This document shows, piece after piece, positions 1-10,242 of a DNA stretch of 64,000 nucleotides. The stretch's first letter is position 1. Each line of letters begins with the position of its first letter. Origin of the DNA: Octopus sinensis. Taxonomy: Eukaryota. A program made the position numbers and the translations under genes. The notes beneath the pieces are model-generated. The model made no database searches, had not been told where the DNA came from, and was given only the letters and a program-made list of their open reading frames with translations. The stretch covers positions 3,038,001 to 3,102,000 of the forward strand of contig NC_043003.1 of the NCBI RefSeq assembly GCF_006345805.1, in the 5' to 3' direction.

Positions 1-1515
1 TTCAACTTATGAAAAAAAAAACTGTTCTTTTTGATAAGATTAGATTGCTAGAATTTGGTACTTTGAAGGATTCTAAAAAAAAATGTTTACTGTATTAGGA
101 ATTTGTTCAAGTGAAATGTTTGCAACAAGATCAGTGTGCATTACAATCCATACTCTCTTCAGACGCATCACAACAATCAAATATTGTATTTGTTTGTTTA
201 ATTTACTCTCTCTCTCTCAACCACTTTGTAAATTATTGGTTTGTTTATGGCCAGAAAGGAACTTCCACTAGAAATAAGGTTTCTATTTATCAATGATGAT
301 GAATTGGTCACTATTGTGCTTCTTTTTTTTTCTTCTTTAAATTAACTTTTGGAAAGGAGAAAATGAGAATAGTGTGTTCTGGTAAAAAATCACGTCTCTG
401 ATGAAAATGCTGATGAATTGTGTTGGCAAAAAAATTCATCCACAGAAGAGTTTGTTGAAGAATTCAGTATGTTTATTTGTCCTGAGGAGTGAAAGAACCT
501 TAATGTTTTAAGCGCTTGCCCTCCTTCTGAAACAGAAAATATATAGCAGTTGTTACCATGGTTACAAAATGGTGAATGACTCTTTCACTTCTTGTTAAAA
601 ACTAAACTCTTCTCTGAACTCTCTGAAGGAGATTTTGCAACGGATTTTGCATTTTTTCTTGTAATTTTAATACTTCTGTTTTTTACCGTTTGGCGCTTCG
701 TTTTGTTAGCATTATTGGCAATAAAAACAAACAAGATTCTGATAAAAAGTTTCCATTACATTGAGATTATTTTGGTTAAGAGAGATGAGAGTTAGTAAGT
801 CATAGTAAAAATTTGTTGTGTTAAAGAATTTTTGAAGAATTTATTAGCCAGAATCCAAAGGGCCTCATATTTGCTTCATTGTAGTGGAAGTTCTCGATGC
901 TAAAACTTCTCTGTATTATAATATTGTTTGGTAATCTCAATTCCTAAAGCAATAATTTTCCATAACAGTAATTCATCATTCATGATTTCTTCACAAAAAC
1001 AAAACAACATTCCAATTTTATTTGACTTCCAAAATAATATTATGATACTCATCAATCTTTAGTATTTAATCTTTTAATCATATTCTCAAGTTGTTGTGAA
1101 AACCATTTACAGCATTAAATTTCCTGTGATTCATAAATTCTCTGCAAATATCTGTGGCAGATTAAAATATTCTCTTGATAAAATAGTGAGTTTGATCTCT
1201 TCCTGAAGCAATAAATATTGTCACAAGTGTCTGACTTTTCTAAAAGACTTCTATATATATCCTGGAATATATTTCTGAAATATATATGCATAAAATAGGC
1301 ACTAAACATTCAATTTGATATTGAGTATAAAAGCAATAAATTTTAAACAATGCCTTACACGGATACCATATATTTAGTGCAGTTTCTCAAACAGGAAACC
1401 TGGTATTTTGTTGTATCTGATCAATCATTTTGATTCCAAAAGCAATAAAACAATTTACATGGAAAAATAAATTTCATAACATTGTTATAATTTTGATATT
1501 TTGATAATTATCCTT

Positions 1516-1700
1516 AAGGCAGTGAGCTGGCAGAAATGTTAGCACGCTGGGCGAAATGCTTTGCGGCATTTCATCTGTCTTTACATTCTGAGTTCAAATT
1601 TTGCCGAGGTCAACTTTGCCTTTCAATAAAATAAGTACCAGTTGCATACTGGGGTTGATGTAATTGACTTAATCCCTCCCCCGAAATTGTCTTATGTCAA
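1516..1700 (+). mobile_element. SINE family A copy (gagctggcagaaacgttagcac...gtcgactttgcctttcatcc type)
   Basis: Same ~200-bp sequence recurs at about 6836-7210 (+), 8581-8748 (-), 12960-13050 (+), 21560-21680 (-), 31880-32040 (-), 43420-43620 (+), 44340-44570 (-) and 49040-49262 (-). Boundaries approximate. Confidence 0.8.
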
Positions 1701-2847
1701 AATTTCAAACTATTATTTGATAATTACTTATTGAAAGTTTAAAGTATGCAATCCATATTTGACTTCTAATTTTCTGAATTTGTTGCTTATTATAACTTTT
1801 GTTATGAACTAAATACAAAAAAAAAAAGAAGCAAATTGTTATAAACTGAATTTTAAAAAAAACTGTTAAATTAGATTTTTGCCTATTTGTACTATTTTGA
1901 ATGCATTAGATCAACATGTAGCTATATTCCATGTTTACATTAAATTATAAAATGGTGAATTAAATTTTCGGATATTTTTGTGTCAATATATTTAGATATT
2001 TTCTCAGACAAATCTAGTATTTTTTTAGAATTTTAGTTTTGTTGCCAAGACATTATGAAGGTTTTTCCAAGGGAATTTTCAACATTATCTTTTCAACCTG
2101 TGCTTTCCTGTTATTTCAATATCATACATTTCTTGTTAAATTATTACTGTTAATATCTTGTGGGAGGTTGCTTGTGTTTTCAGATTTGTAGAAATGTTGG
2201 AATAATAAATTATATAACTGGAAAAAAGAAAAAATTGCCTTTTTATCATTTTTGTTACTTTTAAATTTCCTATTAAACATTAAAGATATCTTCCAATAAA
2301 AATAATAATTTACTCTCCCTCCTCACACCCTAATACTGATAACATTCTGTTATTTGGGACGGTCATAACACCAATAAACACATGCACTGGTTCTATTTCA
2401 CTTCTTTGTTAGTTAATTGGTTAGTTACCTAACTAACTAACTAATTATCGTTTGTTTTGTTTGTTGGTTAAACAACCAATTAGTTGTTTGTCAAAGTCTT
2501 TTCATCGCTATTTGCAACCCCCATTAATGAGAAGCTCTTTCTCTACCATGTCTGTCCTGAGTCTGAGACAAATTAATGATTGATTGATTAGCTATTTTTG
2601 TGGCTAACCAATTGATGGACAATAAAGAAGTGAAATAGAACCAGTGTGTGTGTGTTTATTGTTATTCGCATAATGACTTTCCCAAGACACAACAGGATCT
2701 GTTTCAACACACAAGTTCACATCAAACGAAATTCAAAAAGTCTGTTATTATGAAAATCTAATCTAACTTCTTTTTTTTTTTTCTCAATCCCTGGCCATTA
2801 CCTTGTTGAAACAACATTAAAAGAATTTTGTTGTAAGGAAATTCATT

Positions 2848-3030
2848 ACAGGTGTGGCTGTATGGTTAAAGAGCTTCCCAACCATTTAGTCTTGGGTTCA
2901 GTTCCACTGTGTAGCACCTGGGCCAAATGTCTTCTACTATAACCCCAGGGCTGACCAAAGCCTTGTGAATGGATTTGGGGATCTGATAGATGGAACCTGA
3001 AAGAAGCCCATCGTGTGTGTGTGTGTGTGT
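2848..3030 (+). mobile_element. tRNA-headed SINE family B copy (gtggctgtgtggtaag...ggttcagtcccactgcgtggcaccttgggcaag)
   Basis: A/B-box-like head. Copies at about 13770-13870 (+), 32400-32580 (-), 36508-36900 (+), 39180-39585 (-), 48680-48830 (-), 51680-52090 (+) and 56720-56900 (-). Confidence 0.8.
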
Positions 3031-3339
3031 GTGTACCTATGTCCTGAAATCTTGAGGTGATTGTAAACGAACACAACCATTATACAAACGATGTTGTTCA
3101 TTTCTATTCTTTCCTGCAAAATAGGTCTGGCCATGGGGAAATGTTTGCTTGGAAGCAAGCAAGGGTTGACGACAGGAAGGGCTCTGTCAACAAATTCTGT
3201 CTGACCCATGCTAGCATAGAAAAGCGGCTGTTAAACGACAACAATAATAATGATATTGCCATATAATACAATTTATATCGAATCGCAGTAGACATGCGAT
3301 TCTCTGGTCATTGAAGACGAAATCTCCTTGTCTAAAATA

Positions 3340-3549
3340 CCATATTTAATGGCATAAAAGAGGCACGGGTATATTACTCCCCACACCACCACCATTCTAC
3401 CTATTTCGACATCGCACTTTCAGGAAAAAAAATTTCCAGTGCAGTAAAGCTTATGGGAAACCCAACTTGACATATAGGACCCGGCATTACATTTTTAAGG
3501 ATTTATTATTTATATTAAGGTGGCGTGTTTTATATGCCATCAAATACGG
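3340..3549. mobile_element. pogo/Tc1-superfamily MITE
   Basis: Imperfect ~25-bp terminal inverted repeats (CCATATTTAATGGCATA / TATGCCATCAAATACGG) flanked by TA on both sides. Confidence 0.6.
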
Positions 3550-4865
3550 TAGACGTTCCTTCCTTTATAAACTGAAAGAAAGAAAAAAGTCTTCTGCGAA
3601 GAAGGCCATGATTTTGCAGCAAAGTAAAAATTGTGTCTCGTGAGTTTAATTTTTCTTCTATTAATCCTTGGTTAGTTAAAAGCCATGCTCTACTCACGTT
3701 ATTAAGAATGTAATTGTTATGAATTATAAGATTCTATCGTTATCCTATCGCTGATTACGACAGTAATCGATATATTTGCTGGATCGAACTTCAATAGTGA
3801 CAATATTTCACTGAATGTTTTATGGTGTCTCGCCCGGTGACTCTCAACCTTTTTGATATCCAGGCCAAATCCAAAACCTGAATATTTTTTAGGAGGCCAC
3901 ACAAAAAGTAAAGTTTATTATATTTTTCATGACGCCCTGGGAAAGAAGAAAGCGTTAAAAAGTCGATTCTTAGCTTTTGGTACAAAGTCGAACTTTTCTT
4001 GGATTTATTTTATTGATTGGAAGAATTAAAAATTCAACGACGGCATCAGTGAGATTCGAACTCAAAACGTAAAGGGATGCAACTAAGTACCGTAAGTTAA
4101 ACTTTGATTCTCGTTTATCGTAGTGTTGGTTTTTGGCAAGGAGGGAGGATTATTGTCAGTTGAATCAACTTCACTACTAAACAATCACCTATTTTGTTCC
4201 GACAGTTCTTCAACTCAGAACAGAGAGTTGGACATTTCATTATTTGTGTCCGTCCATTTCACGCTTTATAATATTTGACATGAAGAATTAGAAACGGCAG
4301 AAGACGATATTTCGCGTTGTCATTCAGTGGAGGTTTCATTGTTCCTTCTTTCCATCGTCTATAAAATGTTTCAATTTAACCGTCTATGTATCTCCACCTC
4401 GACAGAATGCGTCTCTGTGCTTAAAGGAATCAGGATGGACACCTTTTATATTGGCTTCTTTCACTGGAAGCTCTGTCCGTGAGTCTTTCCTCAACAGATC
4501 AATAGATCTCCGTTTGTTCTTGAAAGTATGACAGCCAATTGGTCTGGTGAAATGGTTTAGTAGTTTTATACATTTTAGTGAAGTTTTCGAATCTCCGCCG
4601 TCTACCAATATATGCCATTATCTACCAAAAATGTGTCTGGCTCAAAAGGTTTATAATTGTGAACGAAGTTTCGTAATCAAAAGAAATGGATAAAAGTCAG
4701 TTATCATCGACAGTTCATTTGTCATTTGTCCTGTTTGTATGAAAAAGTTAATGGTTCGGGACATCTATTTACAAAATCTAAAAGGAATTTCAGAAATATT
4801 TTTCTTTCTTTAAAAAATGCCCCTCGGACCTATGTGTTACATAAACAATAATGCTGCTTTCTTGA

Positions 4866-5942
4866 ATGCTTTTCAACATGACCCATCACAACGATAAATA
4901 CCAAAAGACTTTCTTCTCTGATTTTACGAAACAAATGACCGACAATTTATGTTCTAAGGGTGTTATTACACCGCATTCTTTATGTAGACACATAAACTGT
5001 CATAAAATTCTTCCATTTAATAACAATGTTGACGGGCCACTAAGAAAAGATCTCCATATAATTAAGAAACTCGGGAGTGGAGGATTTGGTACCGTTTATT
5101 TAGTTTGTTGGAAATCGAAAAAATTTGCCTTAAAAATTTTGCATCGCAAACCTGAAAATTTGGTGCTAAAATGTTTAAAAGCTGAACAGCGGTTGCTTCA
5201 TTTTGAACACCCCAACATAGTAAGGACCCTAATGGTCCATTCCTTTTGGACTGGTTATGAAAATGGGTTGATTCTTATGGAATATGTTGGCGAGAGGAAT
5301 TTACAGTGTCTCATCGATGACTCTAAAGAAGTTCTCTGTTATAATCGTCGTGTGAAATTTGGTTTACAAGTTTCAAAAGCCATCGAATTCATCCATTCAA
5401 AGCATGTTGTCCACTTGGATTTGAAACCCACGAATATTATCATCACGGACAATGATGTTTGTAAAATTTGTGATTTTGGTTGCTGTCAGTGTGTAAAATG
5501 GCCAGTTGTGGAAACGACTTCATTGTCTGGCACGGCAGCATACATCGCCCCAGAACTTTTAAAAGGAATGCAACCGACCAAAAAATGTGATGTTTATTCC
5601 TTAGGAATTATATTATGGCAAATGTTATCAGGAAAAGTGCCCTTTGAGTATGAGAATCCGCACGTAATTATCTACAAAGTGGTGACTGACAATCTACGCC
5701 CACAGGAAATCGATTCTCTAAAGACTACGAAAGATTTGGCATATGTGACCCTCTACAAACAGTGCTGGGATAGAGAACCGCAGGACAGACCAACCTTTGA
5801 AGGATTAGTCGAAACATTTAATACTTGGGTTAACAAGACGTTTTTAAATTATAAAATATTTCATACTAATTCATTAGGTTTCAATCTTTCTCCCTCCAAT
5901 ACAGAGACACACGAAATAAGCAAATACAAGGCGAAATCTTAG
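4866..5942 (+). CDS. MOS: Mos proto-oncogene Ser/Thr kinase (MAPKKK), intronless, 358 aa
   Basis: Kinase motifs GSGGFGTVY, ALK, HLDLKPTN, DFG, APE and DVYSLG. Mos-typical segments KICDFGCCQ, GT..YIAPELLKG, LWQM and H.IIYKVV..NLRP. Single exon, as known for mos. Confidence 0.9.
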   Translation: MLFNMTHHNDKYQKTFFSDFTKQMTDNLCSKGVITPHSLCRHINCHKILPFNNNVDGPLRKDLHIIKKLGSGGFGTVYLVCWKSKKFALKILHRKPENLVLKCLKAEQRLLHFEHPNIVRTLMVHSFWTGYENGLILMEYVGERNLQCLIDDSKEVLCYNRRVKFGLQVSKAIEFIHSKHVVHLDLKPTNIIITDNDVCKICDFGCCQCVKWPVVETTSLSGTAAYIAPELLKGMQPTKKCDVYSLGIILWQMLSGKVPFEYENPHVIIYKVVTDNLRPQEIDSLKTTKDLAYVTLYKQCWDREPQDRPTFEGLVETFNTWVNKTFLNYKIFHTNSLGFNLSPSNTETHEISKYKAKS

Positions 5943-5998
5943 ATTAAAACCTTCAAAAACAATTTCAATGTGCTCTGAAATTAACTGATTTTAGAACT

Positions 5999-6065
5999 TG
6001 TATTTAGTCCAGTTATTTTGTTATGTCCTTTTAATGGTTTTTATTTATTATATTAAATGAATAAA
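5999..6065 (+). promoter_or_regulatory. mos 3' UTR cytoplasmic polyadenylation module (Musashi element, two CPEs, AATAAA)
   Basis: ATTTAGT 6002-6008, TTTTAAT 6029-6035, TTTTTAT 6038-6044, AATAAA 6060-6065. Confidence 0.55.
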
Positions 6066-7484
6066 TTTTTTAAAAATACAATTTTATTTCCTTTCCACCT
6101 GCCTATTTTTTTTTTTTTAGAGATTAATTAAAAAAAATAATTTGACATGAAGCTAGTTGAAAGGAACATGAAATCGAATTTCCTGTCCTGCTTGTAGTAA
6201 CTTTTTTTACCACGTTTATGGACTTCAAATGAATTAGACTTTAAGATTGAATTCTTTAAAGTTAGTTTTATATTTTTAGTGAATTTAGATAAACGTAATA
6301 ATTTTATTTTTAACTATAGAAATCTACCAACAGAAAATAAGGAATAAAAAGAAAGTCTAAACCTCTTGGCGAATGACCAAGTTACTCCAGAAGTTTAGCT
6401 TCATGTTAAATGCACAATCAAGACGATTACTTCATAAATTATTCAAAAACCATTTGAAAATTGTTTTTGATTTTATCATTGTCAGAATCTGAATCCAAAT
6501 AAAAGGTAGGGTTTCTTCAGCGTATACTCACAACTTGGAATTCCAGCAATAAAGATATCTTTGGTTAAACTTGTTACACTTTAAGCAGTCTTAGACACTT
6601 GTTCTAATCGAGCAAATTTATAGTCAAAAGCGTTTCAGTCGTGACAACCCCACTACTTTTTTTTATTAGTATATTTTAGGGTTACATAATGGAGCTCTGA
6701 AAACTCAAGGATGTAATTTCATAGCGATTTGGGTGTTGTTTCAAGCAGATCAGACCTCTACAAAGAGGCGGATTGATGGGGAGTTCGTGGCTCTTTCTGT
6801 AATGTCTTTAGTGCTGATACAAATCATTGCCCAATTAAGGCGGCGAGCTGGCAGAAACGTTAGCACGCCGGACGAAATGCGTAGCCGTATTTCGTCCGCC
6901 GTTACGTTCTGAGTTCAAATTCCGCCGAGGTCGATTAAATAAGTACCAGTTACGCACTGGGGTCGATATAATCGACTTAATCCGTTTGTCTGTCCTTGTT
7001 TGTCCTCTCTGTGTTTAGCCCCTTGTGGGTAGTAGAGAAATAGGTATTTCGTCTGTGTTTACGTTCTGAGTTCAAATTCCGCCGAGGTCGACTTTGCCTT
7101 TCATCCTTTCAGGATTGATAAATTAAGTACCAATGAAACACCGGGATCGATTTAATCGACTGGCTCCTCTCCCCCAAAATTTCGGGCCTTGTACCTAGAG
7201 TAGAAAATATTATTTGCTCAATTGGATCCAATGAGAAAAGAAATGGTTGGCTTCGTCATTAATGAACTTCAATAGATTATTTTCCCAAGTTCAAACTAAG
7301 CAGACAAAAAATCGGTAAGACCAAGATTGATTTGGTAAAGCTCAAATCGATCGTTACATATTCTGACTACTTCGAACAAACGACATTCTAGCAATATTAT
7401 GCATTGCACGGTTGGTGAACTTCATAATTCTCTTGCTTATGAAATGGAACTTATTGTACTGGTTCTGAATTCTATAGAAAATTA

Positions 7485-8366
7485 GGATCAGGACACCCAT
7501 ATAAGTTAGAATTTCTCCGTTTTGACGGGAAATTTTCCAATTTTTTTACGTCTTTTTATGAAAAAAATTAAAAAATTTTTTTTTTTTTTTCACTTTACCT
7601 CCTCCGGACAGATTTTGGACAATTTTCTTTAGCACTACGCACTTAAAAACCATGAGAGAAGCCTTTTCAGTAAGAAAAAGAAAACGGTAAATATTTTCAA
7701 ACGAAAAGATGTGCGTGATTTAAGAGAGATTTAGTTATTGTTTCTAGCACATCTCACGACCACCTTCCTCGTTTCTTTGTCCCATATATTGATGTTTTTC
7801 AATATTTTTCTCCCCATAAAACATTTTATGGTTTCATGATGCAGAAGTAATACATGCGTGGTCCGTTGATGGGAATTAAGCAACGGCAAAAAAAGTGCAG
7901 TTTAAATTTTTAAGCTTCCACCAACCAACGATAAATCCCCAGCAATGACCAAGTCAGACTCTCCAATATTTTAAAATTATAAATAGAAACAAGGGACGGG
8001 GGGTCAAAAGAATCATAAAATTTCAAAATCCTTTTTTTTTTTTAATAGCATCGATGTGTTTATGGAAAGAAAAATATCGAAAAACATTAATACATGTGAA
8101 AATATTATTAAATATCGTCTCAAAATATTTACAATTTTTTTTTCTACTGGAAAGGTTTCTCTCATGGTTTTTAAGGATGTAGGGCCAAAAACAATTGGCT
8201 TGAATCGGTTTGGAAGGAAAGAGAATAAAAAACAAAAATCATAAATTTCCAAAACATATTTAAAAAAAAGACGTTACCCCTTTATCTCGAAGGCAATGGT
8301 GAAAAGAAAATTTGAGAATTCCTCTTCAAAACGGAGAAATTCTAATTTATATGGGTGTCTTGATCC
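7485..8366. mobile_element. Non-autonomous DNA transposon (MITE) with ~40-bp TIRs
   Basis: GGATCAGGACACCCATATAAGTTAGAATTTCTCCGTTTTGA at the left end; near-perfect reverse complement ending at 8366. No ORF inside. Confidence 0.75.
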
Positions 8367-8399
8367 AAAACTCCGCCATTTACTTTCCCAGAATGAAAA

Positions 8400-8580
8400 C
8401 AAGGGCTTCAACCGGATTCTGAAAGTGAGAATTTGGCGAATGGGAAGCTTTTGCTCCTGTTTCTAAACTCCAAATGTCCCGTAATGGTTTCTGACTTCCT
8501 ATTATAGAAATAAAGTTCGATGAAATCAATATTGTTACCCTAAACATCAGCAAATCCTTCGACCGTGTTTGGCATACTGG
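8400..8580 (+). mobile_element. Short degenerate LINE reverse-transcriptase fragment
   Basis: Translates LNISKSFDRVWH, a variant of the LDxSKAFDxVxH RT motif. Confidence 0.5.
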
Positions 8581-9578
8581 GGAGGGGCCAGTCGATTAGA
8601 TCGACCTCAGTACACAACCGGTACTTAATTTATCGATCCTGAAAGGATGAAAGGCAAAGTGGAATTTGAACTCAGAACGTAGCGGTAGACGAAATACTGC
8701 TAAGCATTTCGTCCGGCGTGCCAACGGTTCTGCCAGCTCGCCGCCTTGGACCTATATAGATATTGTAAAACATTTTGCCAGCTGCTTTATCGATTTTGCC
8801 ATCCTACCAGGTTTCAAATAATTTGCACTGCGACATTTATTCGGGGTAAATGTGTCGGACATGTTCACAATGAATAGGCGTCCATATCCACCTTCATCAC
8901 CGCTATTAACTGGAAGTGGTGTAAAGAATGTAAATGTCTTAGCCGACACATGATAGGGATGACAATTAAGGTTAAATAAACTAACTTAATTGCCGTTTTA
9001 TAATATATGTTATTAGCATAAAATACTAATTCGTTATAAGCAAGAGAAGCATTATTTGTTCAAAATAGCAATCAGTATATCATACCCAAAGCAGTTACAT
9101 TGTTGAAAGCCTTATAAACTGTGATGTTCGTCTTGAGAAAGCAGCTCTTATAGACGCCCGTCCGTATGCCAAGACAAAATTAGCACTAATGAGATATAGT
9201 TGATCAGTGATTGAAAAATAATTCTTGGCATGCGGATGCCCGTGGGTGTTTGCTACTGACGGGGCCCAAAGAGTCAGATGGGAATATTTAAGTGCCGTCA
9301 CTGCTACAGGACGATTTCCGTTTGCTATCAATATGTTTGAGATTTTTAACATTATATGTCCACAAGAAATGCTTTCTGGAGATGAATACCACCTTTATCC
9401 AACTTTCAACGATGTATCTGCTTTAAGTATGATGTACAGATTACTTTATCAAACTATAAGTTTAATTAAATTGTTTTAATTGTCGCTCTATAGTATATTC
9501 TATGAGCATTGTTTTCACGAGATGACTATTACGATTAAATAGACTAAGTTACGTATTACAGTTCTATATTTGAGAGAT

Positions 9579-9845
9579 GAGGAATTATTTACATTATTTA
9601 CATTTGACGGATATTTGTCCTCATTTTGTTGTGGACACAACGTTTCGGCTGATATACCCTCCAGCCTTCATCAGGTGTCTTGGGGAAATTTCGAACCTGG
9701 GTTCTCATTCCTAAGGTATTTTTCGATGTTGCTGTTGTTGTTGTTGTTGTTATTATTATTACTATTATTCAGGTCACTGCCTGGAATCGAACTCGGAATC
9801 TTGGGGATAGTAGTCCGCGCTCTTAACCACTACGCCATATACCCC
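9579..9845 (-). mobile_element. tRNA-derived SINE carrying a hammerhead ribozyme in its 3' part
   Basis: Minus strand: tRNA-like head with A box TGGCGTAGTGG and B box GAGTTCGATTCC, then (AAT)n(AAC)n, then the hammerhead at 9679-9634. An inverted degenerate copy of the 3' part lies at 9846-9955. A second truncated head is at 48071-48111. Confidence 0.75.
9634..9679 (-). ncRNA. Minimal type I hammerhead ribozyme
   Basis: GACAC-CUGAUGA-A-GGCUG(GAGGGUAUAU)CAGCC-GAAA-CG-UU-GUGUC. Perfect 5-bp stems I and II, intact core, palindromic ACGU stem III. Confidence 0.7.
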
Positions 9846-10242
9846 GGTTCGAAATTTCCCCAAGGCACCCGATGAAGGCTAGAGGGTATATCAGCCAAAA
9901 CGTTATGTTAGCAACAAACAAGATGAGGACAAATATTCGTCAAATGTAAATAATGCAGGTTTCGTATTATTTTCTCTTCTAAATAAATATGTCGGCTGCT
10001 TTAAAGCGAAAATGAAGGTCAGTATGGTCGACTATTCATCGCCTTCATTTTCGACAAGTTTTCCATTATGCGAGGTGTATTTAAAATAAATTTTGAGACG
10101 ATAAAACATTTTGCAATTAAATTGATATTTTAATACGAAACTATTTAAAAACTAGAACACGTTTGTTTTTAATTAAATACACATATATCTATTTGTCGAG
10201 TTGATAGTTTCGTACATTCTGTCGTCACGTTGTGATTTAAAA

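Noticed and set aside
4384-4608. 74-aa minus-strand ORF divergent from mos
   Set aside because: Non-ATG start, no recognisable domain, no convincing splice partners; probably promoter sequence.
6620-6680. Hammerhead-like layout on the minus strand (hairpin followed by GAAACGC)
   Set aside because: Core reads CTAATAA rather than CTGANGA and stem I is unsupported; at most a dead relic.
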